From the NCBI GenBank assembly GCA_000004985.1, contig GG738847.1: 64,000 nucleotides of DNA; one strand, given 5' to 3'. Each line of letters starts with the position of its first letter. Position 1 is the stretch's first letter. The translations under genes and the position numbers were made by a program. This DNA comes from Naegleria gruberi (lineage: Eukaryota). Of this stretch, positions 34,686 to 44,432 are shown one piece after another. Below the pieces are notes generated by a model. The model ran no database searches and had not been told where the DNA came from. It saw only the letters and a program-made list of their open reading frames with translations.

Positions 34686-36416
34686 ATGTCAAGACAAGAA
34701 GTTAACCAAACCACAACTCAATTCTATGAAATCCACAAAAATTACGATTTGATTCAGGAGGAGAGAATTAATCAGGTGAATTTTCTCATTCCCAATCAAG
34801 AGATTCAAATTTCATCAACTATTCATTCTATAAAACTCTATGATGATGCGAAGAAGGAAGTAGTAATTAATGATGATCGGAATGAAAATATAAATGATCA
34901 GGAAATTAAACAATTGGCAGAGAAGGGAAATGATGTGATGAAAGGACAAGAGGCTTATAAGAATGTTGATCATTTGTTTGTTTTGAATGAATTGCTTCAT
35001 CCTGATGAGTGTTGTCAAATTCTCTCTATTGAAAAGAAGCAAAAAAAGCAATTGGATGAAGTAAAGAGTCTTTCTAAAGATTTCGAATCAATTCAAGCAG
35101 AGTATCCTCCCGAATACAGAAATAGTAGCCGAATTATTTATAATGATAAGGAATTAGCTCAAAGATTGTGGAGAAGAATGAAGAAGCACTTGGTGAGATA
35201 TACATTTGTTAGACCTTATGGATTGGATAATGGTGGACATTGGATTCCAGTTGGAGTGAATGAATGTTTTAGAATGAGCAAGTATGAACCTGGAAATTAT
35301 TTCAAACCTCATGTTGATGGTCAATTTGTGAGAAATACGGATGAGAGAAGTGTTTATACTTTATTGATTTATTTGAATGAGGATTTTACTGGGGGAGAAA
35401 CAAGATTTTTGACAGTTGTTAATAATGTGGAAGAAGGACAAGGTTTGGATTCAAGCAAAAAAGTGAAGAAATTGTCAAGATCTGATAAGAAAATGGCAAA
35501 GAAAAAGTTTGCCAAAGAGGCAACAAAACTGAATCGTTTCAATGACAATCCAGAAAAGAGTTTAAAAGAAAATTCAACTTTACAATTCAAACATTTGTGC
35601 TCAGTTTCACCAAAAATAGGATCTGCAGCAATTTTCAATCATGATTTGTATCACGAAGGATGTCCAGTCACGAATGGTATCAAATACATTCTTAGAACTG
35701 AAATCATGTTTAAAAGAGTTGATTCGAATAGTGTTGTGAAAAATAAGAATGACACTAAGCTCTATAACCAAGTAATGGCCATTCTCAAACAGAGTGATGA
35801 TTTGGAAAAGAAGGGTAAAATTTACGAATCCACAGAATATTACAGAAAAGTTCAGGATTTATTAATAATGAATGGTCACTCCATGTCCTTATTGATGGTT
35901 CCAAAATTTCAAAGAAAATCAAATTTTTCAGATAATCAAACCGAATCTTACGACAATGAGTTGAGTATTCTTCCTGATGAAACCCTCAACCACATATTCT
36001 CATATCTACAAGATTCTGAAATTTGTACATTAATTTTACCTCTCGATAGATATTTTCATTATTTTGGAAGAAATAATCATTTGTGGGAATCATTGTATAT
36101 GCACAGATGGGGAAATAACATCACTGAACTATTGAAACGATTGTACAGAAAGAAAAACTTAGAGCTTGGTCAACTAAATAGCGTCGATAACACAACATCA
36201 ATTGATGAAACTCCCACGCTTGAAAATGATCAAAATTGGTACCATATTTATATAATGAAGAGATATTTCGAGAAGGAATTTGAACCAGTATTTTTGGATG
36301 TTGGATATGATCGTTCTAATTTGTCGAGCATTAGTGGAGAGTTCAAAAATGTGAGATCTCTAATGTACAGAACCAAATTCTCTCAGTATGTACATTTTTA
36401 TATTCGACATCATTAA
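34686..36416 (+). CDS. Fusion protein: 2OG-Fe(II) oxygenase of the EGLN/PhyA prolyl-4-hydroxylase type (N-terminal/central) plus C-terminal F-box domain, 576 aa
   Basis: HxD...H triad and 2OG-binding Arg: KPHVDGQF...TLLIYLNEDFTGGETRF ... AAIFNHDLYHEG...KYILRTEIMF (compare PHD2 HVDNP...CIYYLNKDW...GGILRIF). F-box: LSILPDETLNHIFSYLQDSEICTLILPLDRYFHYF...WESLY. A-tract start context cttaaaaaaaaATG. Confidence 0.8.
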   Translation: MSRQEVNQTTTQFYEIHKNYDLIQEERINQVNFLIPNQEIQISSTIHSIKLYDDAKKEVVINDDRNENINDQEIKQLAEKGNDVMKGQEAYKNVDHLFVLNELLHPDECCQILSIEKKQKKQLDEVKSLSKDFESIQAEYPPEYRNSSRIIYNDKELAQRLWRRMKKHLVRYTFVRPYGLDNGGHWIPVGVNECFRMSKYEPGNYFKPHVDGQFVRNTDERSVYTLLIYLNEDFTGGETRFLTVVNNVEEGQGLDSSKKVKKLSRSDKKMAKKKFAKEATKLNRFNDNPEKSLKENSTLQFKHLCSVSPKIGSAAIFNHDLYHEGCPVTNGIKYILRTEIMFKRVDSNSVVKNKNDTKLYNQVMAILKQSDDLEKKGKIYESTEYYRKVQDLLIMNGHSMSLLMVPKFQRKSNFSDNQTESYDNELSILPDETLNHIFSYLQDSEICTLILPLDRYFHYFGRNNHLWESLYMHRWGNNITELLKRLYRKKNLELGQLNSVDNTTSIDETPTLENDQNWYHIYIMKRYFEKEFEPVFLDVGYDRSNLSSISGEFKNVRSLMYRTKFSQYVHFYIRHH

Positions 36417-36773
36417 CCTTATGTTTAGTTATAGCGTTTCTAGTTATTCCAACTATCGGCTGACAGAATCTGCTGGATATGCGAGAACCAGGCCCATCAC
36501 TGAAACTGAAATAGCCGCCAATTTTCACATATTCATTGTTCTTTTGTTATCCCAATTGAAGAAAACACCTCAGAGACATCCGATAGTTCTCAGTTTATCA
36601 CCAATATTGATGAAAAATTACAAAATCAATGAAGAGAAGATTAAGGATACGCTTGTAAGTTTACTATTATGGATTCAATCCTTTTCTATTAATCGACAAT
36701 AATCCAGTTTAAAAACAATGTTCCAGCTATATGCATACTCCCTAGATGTTACTTATTATCGATACATTATGAT

Positions 36774-37253
36774 GTGAGAACTTGTCTTGTGATAGATATT
36801 AATCAAGTTTGTTTGAGCGTCCATACAATAATTGAAAATGATATTGACACTATTGAATCACTGTATTTTGAATTTCCAAGGGTGATGGCAGGGTTTGAAA
36901 TTGTACCATTAATTTTTTCAGATGTTCATACAGAGGACTCCTTCGATAAATGTAAACTAGTTTCCATGATTGACCAAATACTTGGCCAATATCCAAACGA
37001 AATTAGATTCAAGCTCTCTGAAAACATCATTCTCTCTGGGGAAGTTATTGAAGATCAAAAGCAATTCATGGATTTCCAAAAAGAAGTCAAAACAAGATTC
37101 AACTCTAATTACTCTCGATACAAGATCAAGTTCACTACAGAAGGATCAGAAGCAATTAAGGGAGCAATATCCTTCTCAAAACTTCCAAACTTTAAAGATT
37201 ACTTTTCATATTGGTTTAATTGTGTGGATACTCTAAATAGGAATGGTATTTAA
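36774..37253 (+). CDS. Hypothetical ORF (159 aa; first in-frame ATG near 36886); ends 3 nt from the convergent CTU2-like stop; possibly an independent small gene
   Basis: Moderately yeast-like codon usage, no recognisable domain; ORF-track start is GTG. Confidence 0.25.
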   Translation: MRTCLVIDINQVCLSVHTIIENDIDTIESLYFEFPRVMAGFEIVPLIFSDVHTEDSFDKCKLVSMIDQILGQYPNEIRFKLSENIILSGEVIEDQKQFMDFQKEVKTRFNSNYSRYKIKFTTEGSEAIKGAISFSKLPNFKDYFSYWFNCVDTLNRNGI

Positions 37254-37256
37254 GGT

Positions 37257-38675
37257 TTATTCAGTATCCTCGAGTAAGAATTCAGCAATTTGTTCCTTCA
37301 TTTCCTTACGTGTTAATTGATAAGAATTTTGAATATATGATGGGAATGAATCATCAATAAAAACTTCACTGGTCAAGTCTGTAATGGCAACCTTTCCTAT
37401 TGATTGAGTATTTTGAGAATTCGAATAAGTTAACATTCTCTTGCAACCAAAACAACAACATGTTGAAAGCGACAAGTCTTCGGAGGTTGATTTAGCATCC
37501 TTCAAGTCTTCCTTTGAAAGGAAAGATCCACACATTGAGCATCTAATCTTATTTTGATCTGGAACCTTCAGTTTTTCAATAGTTCTCAAAATTGCATGAA
37601 CAGTCGATGGGAAATCCTTTTGTAACATTGAAATGAAATCTTCAACAAGTCTATTGATTGTACTTTGTCTTGCTCCTGCTTTGGTTGTGAGATTCTTAAC
37701 AAAGACATACTTCTTAATACCAGTCCAGTGATTGTACATGGCCAATTCGTTAGATAAAAAGCTACGAACAGGTCTGATATATGTTATCACTGGATCAGTT
37801 TCTGGGTTAAATGATGGTACATTATTCATAGTCTTGTCTTCGAGAACAATTTGTAAAGGAACAATATATCCTCTTCCCTTTGAAATTTCACTCAAAACAT
37901 TAATAGCCATATGATTAGCACTTTCACCTGTCAATACTTGCTTAAAGTTCTTTTCAACTGCAAATTTGTAAATGCATGTCTTGACCATTTGACTAATCAA
38001 ATCTTCATGAACACTCATAGTATTGAATTGTCTGAAAATGAAATCCTTCATTCTTTGTTCATCACCATCAAATAACATATCTTCAATTGATCTAATATGA
38101 ATAATATTATTACTTTCATCTAAATTTGTACAAAAATCTCTAACTTGTTGACGAACAGACTCTCTTTCTTCAGAATTTAATCCTAAAGCTCCAGTAACAT
38201 CAACAAATAAATATTCCCATTTGAAATGCAATTTCCAATTAGGATTTGGTGAAACGCAATTATGTAATAAATTAGCAAGTGATGTTGAATTCATTCCACC
38301 ACTAAAACAAACTAAAACTGTATCTCCCTTTGCAATTTTTTCATTTAAATTAATTTTAAATTGTTTGTGATTACTTTGAATAAATGTTTGTTTGTCAACA
38401 GGAACTCCTCTTCTTCCTTTGATTGCTGGTTGTCCCTTTACAGCTTGTTGTTTAGCAGCTTCTCTTTCTTCCTTGGAAGGTTTCTTTGGTGGTTGATTCT
38501 TTTTAGGTTTTGTTGTTGTAGTTGAATTATCACAATGATTATTACCGGAGCAACATTCGGTTGTTGTAGCTGGATGATTGGAAGATTGTACTTCCTCCGA
38601 GTTACCTCCACTATTTTGATGATGGCAATCACAAGAGTCAGAACATGAAATGTTGTTATTATTATCGGAAGACAT
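37257..38675 (-). CDS. CTU2: Cytoplasmic tRNA 2-thiolation protein 2-like (CTU2/NCS2 family), 472 aa
   Basis: Degenerate PP-loop region VLVCFSGGMNSTSLANLLH similar to CTU2 (not the SGGKDS of CTU1); Cys-rich N-terminus; C-terminal CxxC...CCFGC zinc-finger-like cluster; A-tract start. Confidence 0.55.
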   Translation of the reverse strand: MSSDNNNNISCSDSCDCHHQNSGGNSEEVQSSNHPATTTECCSGNNHCDNSTTTTKPKKNQPPKKPSKEEREAAKQQAVKGQPAIKGRRGVPVDKQTFIQSNHKQFKINLNEKIAKGDTVLVCFSGGMNSTSLANLLHNCVSPNPNWKLHFKWEYLFVDVTGALGLNSEERESVRQQVRDFCTNLDESNNIIHIRSIEDMLFDGDEQRMKDFIFRQFNTMSVHEDLISQMVKTCIYKFAVEKNFKQVLTGESANHMAINVLSEISKGRGYIVPLQIVLEDKTMNNVPSFNPETDPVITYIRPVRSFLSNELAMYNHWTGIKKYVFVKNLTTKAGARQSTINRLVEDFISMLQKDFPSTVHAILRTIEKLKVPDQNKIRCSMCGSFLSKEDLKDAKSTSEDLSLSTCCCFGCKRMLTYSNSQNTQSIGKVAITDLTSEVFIDDSFPSYIQNSYQLTRKEMKEQIAEFLLEDTE

Positions 38676-39118
38676 TTTTTTCTATCGATTCAATAAAACA
38701 AGTGCAAGTTGAGAAATGATGACAACGGTAATAGTGATGAATAAACATATCAATTGCTAAATGAGTTGAATTTTCAAGAATATACTATGGATAATAATCA
38801 TGATCACAACATGTTGAGCTTATTTGAAAGTTTCCAAGAAGACACAAGATGATTATATGAGGGTTAAAGGCAAAATTGAGTTCTTATTATCGTAAATTTA
38901 TGGAAAGGGATTTGTTTTACAAATTGAAAAGATAAAAGGGAATGGAGAAGGATGGAAAATACTATTTGCTACTATTAATTAAATTACTCGTATTAAATAA
39001 TATGGAGTAAACAATAGAGGGTCTAAACACATATTGTTGTTATCTAAATAGAATGTTGTTTGAAATAAATAAATTTCTTATTCTAACAAAATATTAAACA
39101 ACATTAATTGAACAAAAT

Positions 39119-39808
39119 CTAATCAATTCTAATGCAATGAAGGACATTCTTCTTTCCTTGTAATTGATCTTCAAAGGTCTTAAAATCAAAGGTAAATTGG
39201 TCAGCATGTGAAGTCAAGATTGAAAGATCACCCTGCTTTGTGTTACCAGTGATAGAACCATGGTTGAGAGACTCTTTAAATTGTTGTCCAATACGTACAA
39301 TAGCCTCGTCATTAGACTTATCACCAACCCAAATGTTCAATCTAAATTGTGATTTACGAACAGCAACACAACCTCCAGTGATAATTTCACCATCATCAAA
39401 GAATTCACCAATGAGAGCCATAGCTAAATTCATCCACCAATCGTTAACATTGCACTTCTTTCTCAAGAATGGGAACATCCACTCTCCTCCGTGGATATTC
39501 TTTGGGTCTTCCCATTCAGGCCTGATACCATCTTTCAAGATGTAGTAAGCGCTACCAGTTTCAAGATGAGTAGGAGGTTTAATATGGTTGAAAACACTCC
39601 AGAAATCTTCAACATATTCGAAGGTGTATACTTGAATAAATTGTGGTGGATTATGATACCATAAAGTCCATGATTGTTGCAATGGATGTTTTTGAGCAAA
39701 TTCAGGGTCTACATTTTCTTCGTAATGTTCTTCAGCAATGTCTTCTGCAGGATGTTGTTGATTGTCAATTTCTTCACTGAGTAGGGATCCACTGCTTGTT
39801 CTTTGCAT
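39119..39808 (-). CDS. eIF4E: Translation initiation factor eIF4E (cap-binding protein), 229 aa
   Basis: Conserved Trp-rich cap-binding core HPLQQSWTLWYH...FKPTHLETGSAYYILKDGIRPEWEDP...GGEW; aaaaaaaaATG start context. Confidence 0.9.
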   Translation of the reverse strand: MQRTSSGSLLSEEIDNQQHPAEDIAEEHYEENVDPEFAQKHPLQQSWTLWYHNPPQFIQVYTFEYVEDFWSVFNHIKPPTHLETGSAYYILKDGIRPEWEDPKNIHGGEWMFPFLRKKCNVNDWWMNLAMALIGEFFDDGEIITGGCVAVRKSQFRLNIWVGDKSNDEAIVRIGQQFKESLNHGSITGNTKQGDLSILTSHADQFTFDFKTFEDQLQGKKNVLHCIRID

Positions 39809-40510
39809 TTTTTTTTTGTTTGAAGTTTTTTGTATTAATTTTTCTTCTCCCTTCGCAACATTTCAAAAATGGCAAGACTGAGGCTTGTCTGCAACTCATC
39901 AACACAATAATTATATTCATTTGAATCATAATAATTATAAGATGACATCATTAAATGATGACAATTATCTTTTGCAAACAACATTACGTTTCAGTTTGTT
40001 ACTTTCACACTGTTGCATTTCAAAACCACCTCGTTAACATTACGACCATATTGTTGTCTTCAAGAGATATGTGAATCTTTAGTCTTTCCTGTCTCTACAG
40101 TTAAATAATAATATATTTAATTGGTCCATATGAATAGCAAATTGGAAAAACAAGGCTCCACTGCCTACCATTCTTATTCATTGTGCCGTATGGAGAGATT
40201 CTCATTCTAGAAAAAATTGTGTGTAATTGAATAAGGTCATCGTTGGCAAAAGATTCACATTCTGTAGAACGCAACACAGTGAGCGAATAAATCCACGCAC
40301 TTGCCGCTTTTTGTAAGCACGTCCAAAAGAATGAATATTTCCATATTTTATTCCTAATTGCCGGTTGTCTCTGTTGTTTACAATGAAGATGCAACCATAC
40401 AATGAAATATACGGTATATTAATATTTCTGTTAAGGAATTTACTGATTTTAAGAATGATAATTATCGTTTTTTGAAATTGCATAAATATTGAAAAAATTA
40501 AGAAAAAAAA

Positions 40511-42745
40511 ATGTCGCAATTGCTGCAACACATTATTCTCAATGATGAATATATTCTCTCTCATATTTTATCTTATTTGAAAGTCGGAAATGTAATTTTG
40601 CTAGGAAGAGTATCGGGTACATGGAAGGAAATTATTCAAAAATTGTACTTTTTTCAATTTGAAGAGTTTTATTTGGATCAATATTTTGCAGAGTATTTTT
40701 CATTACGGGGGAGAGAAGGATCGATCAATCGTAGTGAAGGCATTGATGTTTGGAAAGGAAGGATGATCAATGTATTATCCAAATATCTTACGAATATACA
40801 AATTAGTTGTGGTACTTTTCAAAGTGTTACAGTGATGAATTTATTTGAAGACTTTATGTTGGATTTAAAATTGATAAAGAGCGTTTGTGCATTGTTTCCT
40901 TCGATAGAGGTATTTAGGATTTCATTTCCAGAGGAGAATGATCCAGCCAATTTTGTTGAAATTATTGAAATTATGATATCCCTGTTGGGAAATTTAAAGG
41001 AAATTCAAATAATATCTTGTGCTAGCCGTTCAAGCGGGGTTGATAACAAGTTAAATCAAAAAAGTATAATTCAATTGGAATTATTGAGCTATTTTGATGA
41101 ATTATCTAAGATGCATACCTCAATTTCGATTAAATTATTGGATTCTTTGACATTTTATACATCTAACTTGGGAAGACTTAGATTAAAGCTCGTTGAAATT
41201 CAATCATTCAAGAAAAATACAGAATTACAATTTAACACGAGAGAGAACTATTTTCAACTAAGCAGCAATGATTATTACAATTTAGAAGAAATATTTTCAA
41301 CTGATGAGGAATTACTTCAATTACTTACCGAAAATGAATGGATTCTGAAATTCCAATGTATGGAGTTCAATATTTTAACAATAGCAATCCATTTGAACTT
41401 TATTGAAAGTATGAAATATATTATAAGAAAACAACCAGATACTCTATACAGAGGCATGATAATTAACTACAACACAACATTAGCAACATCTTTTAAGTGT
41501 TTAAAAGAAGAAAATATTATATACCTCTTAGAAAACATGGTGAAATTATATGAAAAGAGTGAGTGCTTTATTCGTGATGAGATACCAATGCTTTTCAATC
41601 ACAATATGAGGAATGTACTCAGTCCACTCGAGAGCATTAGTGCAAAAGGAGATATGACTAACCACTATTTGGAGCTCACAATGAAAATATTTGGAAAAAA
41701 CCTATTCCAAGATAAGATTCTAAAATATCAAACTGGTCTCAGTACTCATCACTACATTCTGAGATATTTAAGCAGTCATCCATTATTATTGAATCAAATT
41801 ACTTATTGGGATTTGGACGATGAAAATGTTCGATTATTACTTGGTCATATTGTTCGGCTTGATGAAGTCCTTTTTCAACGAGTGGTTAGGGAATGGAAAG
41901 GATTCAATGAAAAATTAGTGAATAACTATAAGCTTGTCGATAATTGCAAGCAAAATATTCTTCATAATTTATTTTCCCATCACGATGTTCTTAATACCTC
42001 CGTTCAATATCATCATTTGAAGAAATTGTGTCCAAATATTTCAGAACTATTGTTGCAGCCAGATATTCTCAATTTTTATCCACTACAGAACCTGTTTACA
42101 AACCATTTCTGCATTGAATCCCGCTATGATCTTGTGGAAGAGCTTGTGACAGATATGAGGTCATTGGATGAGAATGAAACTAGAAAAATATTGAAGCATG
42201 CTTGTTTTGAACACAAACATTTCACAGTACTTTATGCATTGGTGAAATTTATGGGAGGAATTGATTTTTTGGAGGTGGAAGACTTGAATTTTGCCATGTC
42301 ATGGCACGGAGCTAATAGTTTGAAGGCTGAGGGCATTAATCGCCAATACTTTAACCTACTCCAGAAGGGCTATGTGAACCCAAAAAGAGTTAATTCTCAC
42401 AAACAAACTCTTCTTCATCAAGTAGCACTTGCTGGAATCAAACACTCAGGTCTTTTTATATTATTGGCAGCATTTGGATGTGGAGTTGATGATTTAGATG
42501 AATACGGGAACACTGTTTCACATTACTCTATTCCAAAGAACCAATGCTTACTGAAGAAAATGGGAGCAGATCCAAACATTTACAGCTTTTCAAAAAGAGC
42601 GTATTCATTCACGCAAAGGACGGGAAGAAATCTTTCTCCATACACGAAAAGGAGAATAGATAGAGTTTTAATTTGTCCAAGATGTCTCAAATATTTCACA
42701 TATTTCAGATCTGTTAGACATCATAATTTACATTGTAGAGATTAG
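40511..42745 (+). CDS. F-box / ankyrin-repeat protein with C-terminal C2H2 zinc finger, 744 aa
   Basis: N-terminal F-box-like ILSHILSYLKVGNVILLGRVSGTWKEII; C-terminal ankyrin repeats (TLLHQVALAGIKHSG...YGNTVSHYSI...MGADPN); terminal CPRCLKYFTYFRSVRHHNLHC. Confidence 0.8.
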   Translation: MSQLLQHIILNDEYILSHILSYLKVGNVILLGRVSGTWKEIIQKLYFFQFEEFYLDQYFAEYFSLRGREGSINRSEGIDVWKGRMINVLSKYLTNIQISCGTFQSVTVMNLFEDFMLDLKLIKSVCALFPSIEVFRISFPEENDPANFVEIIEIMISLLGNLKEIQIISCASRSSGVDNKLNQKSIIQLELLSYFDELSKMHTSISIKLLDSLTFYTSNLGRLRLKLVEIQSFKKNTELQFNTRENYFQLSSNDYYNLEEIFSTDEELLQLLTENEWILKFQCMEFNILTIAIHLNFIESMKYIIRKQPDTLYRGMIINYNTTLATSFKCLKEENIIYLLENMVKLYEKSECFIRDEIPMLFNHNMRNVLSPLESISAKGDMTNHYLELTMKIFGKNLFQDKILKYQTGLSTHHYILRYLSSHPLLLNQITYWDLDDENVRLLLGHIVRLDEVLFQRVVREWKGFNEKLVNNYKLVDNCKQNILHNLFSHHDVLNTSVQYHHLKKLCPNISELLLQPDILNFYPLQNLFTNHFCIESRYDLVEELVTDMRSLDENETRKILKHACFEHKHFTVLYALVKFMGGIDFLEVEDLNFAMSWHGANSLKAEGINRQYFNLLQKGYVNPKRVNSHKQTLLHQVALAGIKHSGLFILLAAFGCGVDDLDEYGNTVSHYSIPKNQCLLKKMGADPNIYSFSKRAYSFTQRTGRNLSPYTKRRIDRVLICPRCLKYFTYFRSVRHHNLHCRD

Positions 42746-42752
42746 AAATAAT

Positions 42753-44432
42753 TTATTCTGATTTTTGATAGACAAAATTTAAATATTGACGATAATTGGT
42801 TGGTGTTAAGGTACTGAATGAATTAAATAGTTCAGATCTGAAATCTCCGAGTGGAGGCAATTCACCATCTTTCAAATTCATTCTTGACATTGCTAACTCT
42901 CCACTCAAAGCTACATAGGAACAGCCAGCTGATGCTGCAATAAGTGGATTGGAACATACTGATGCAAATGCTGCTTGGATGGCTCCTGTCATACATCCAA
43001 CACCTGTTAAATGTTGCAAGTTAGGCTCATTGTGGTAAACGTGAATAATATCAGAACCGTCAGAGATTACATCAACTGGTCCTGTCATACAAACAACACA
43101 GCCAAACTTTTGAGCTAATTCCGAGACAACCTTATCCATCTCTGGGAGATTTGATGAATTGGATTCAGAATCAACACCCTTCAACTTGGCAAATCCAGCA
43201 TTTCCATGAATTCTTCCAATCTCACCATAATTTCCTTTCAATATGGTGATTTTATGATTCAATAAAAGTTCCAAAACAGTTGCTTCTCTTGCCTTTGTAG
43301 CTCCATATCCAACAGGATCGAGAATGACTGGTTTACCCAATTCATTTGCACGTTTAGCAGCCAAATGCATAGCCTTAATTGAATATTCATCCAAAGTTCC
43401 AATGTTAATAAGAACACCACTTGCTATTCCAACCATATCACTAATTTCCTCATGATATTGAGACATTACAGGTGAAGCACCAATTGCTAATAAAGAATTG
43501 GCTGTTTGAGTTGTAACAACATTATTGGTGAGATTGTGAATGAGTGGTCTTGTCTTTTTGATATCCAAAAGGGCTTGTACCATTTCTTCTCTAACTCTTG
43601 CCTTATCATTTGATTGATTCATTTGATAATAATTAATAGTACTTCTCAATTCTCTGGATGCTTGAAGAGCACTTTCAGCTCCAACTACACTTGAAACAAC
43701 AGCCACACCGTCCACACCACATTCCATTACTTGAGAAATATTTTCCTTTCCAATACCTCCTATAGCAACAAGTCCAACATGTTTTCCATTTCTTGTGGTA
43801 TGTCTGACATATGAAACTAATTCTTTGAGACCATCCAAACCAACTGCTTGACCAGCATCTTTCTTTGTAAGGGTTGGGAATATTGCATTTGTACCCAAAT
43901 AATCAGCTCTAACATTGTGTGAAAGAGCTTCATCAACTTGGTCAAAAGTGCCAACTGTCAGACCCAAAATCTTTGAATTACCAATCAGTTTTCTAACATA
44001 TTGAGGAGGTAAATCCTTTTGTCCAACATGAACACCATCAGCATCAATAGCAACAGCCAAATCAACACGATCATCAATCAAGAATGGAACTCCATGTCTT
44101 CTACAAATTTTTTGCAAACTTTTAGCTTGTTCCAACATTTGTCTTGTTGTTAATTGTTGTGGATATCTCTTTTCACGATATTGGATAATTGATGATCCTC
44201 CCTCAATGGATTGCTCAACAGTTTCTTCCAAAGAACGTTTTCCCATCTTTTCTGAAATGTCGGAATCTGTAACAACATACAATCCGTAATCAATTTTGGT
44301 ACTATATGAACATTTTTGAAGAGAATTAAATAGTGATGATGATGGCAGCAGGAATTGTCTTGTAGATTTTTGATGGTTTTCTTGTTTTAAAATGTTTTGT
44401 GTAAGCTTGAGAGTTCTTTTTGAAGTTTTCAT
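42753..44432 (-). CDS. THI6: Bifunctional thiamine-phosphate diphosphorylase (ThiE, N-terminal) / hydroxyethylthiazole kinase (ThiM, C-terminal), THI6-type fusion, 559 aa
   Basis: ThiE motifs LYVVTDSD...IIQYREK...GVHVGQKD...LGTNAIFPT..K...VAIGGI; ThiM motifs IHNLTNNVVTTQTANSLLAIGASPVMS...LINIGTL...GKPVILDPVGYGAT...ILKGNYGEI; aaaaaaaATG start. Confidence 0.9.
   Translation of the reverse strand: MKTSKRTLKLTQNILKQENHQKSTRQFLLPSSSLFNSLQKCSYSTKIDYGLYVVTDSDISEKMGKRSLEETVEQSIEGGSSIIQYREKRYPQQLTTRQMLEQAKSLQKICRRHGVPFLIDDRVDLAVAIDADGVHVGQKDLPPQYVRKLIGNSKILGLTVGTFDQVDEALSHNVRADYLGTNAIFPTLTKKDAGQAVGLDGLKELVSYVRHTTRNGKHVGLVAIGGIGKENISQVMECGVDGVAVVSSVVGAESALQASRELRSTINYYQMNQSNDKARVREEMVQALLDIKKTRPLIHNLTNNVVTTQTANSLLAIGASPVMSQYHEEISDMVGIASGVLINIGTLDEYSIKAMHLAAKRANELGKPVILDPVGYGATKAREATVLELLLNHKITILKGNYGEIGRIHGNAGFAKLKGVDSESNSSNLPEMDKVVSELAQKFGCVVCMTGPVDVISDGSDIIHVYHNEPNLQHLTGVGCMTGAIQAAFASVCSNPLIAASAGCSYVALSGELAMSRMNLKDGELPPLGDFRSELFNSFSTLTPTNYRQYLNFVYQKSE

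Noticed and set aside
36386-36702. Possible 43-nt GTATGT intron at the 3' end of the P4H/F-box ORF extending the gene into ORF 36388-36702 and then 36774-37253
   Set aside because: The downstream frame is rich in codons that are rare in all confident genes (CGG, CTG, GCG, AGG, CCC, CCG). No phase-compatible acceptor links it to the 36774-37253 ORF. The F-box ORF already ends at a normal stop, so I kept the single-exon model.
40101-40564. Two overlapping minus-strand ORFs (97 and 120 aa) between eIF4E and the F-box/ANK gene
   Set aside because: Low-complexity, poor codon usage, no motifs; the region is the shared upstream/promoter spacer for two divergent genes.
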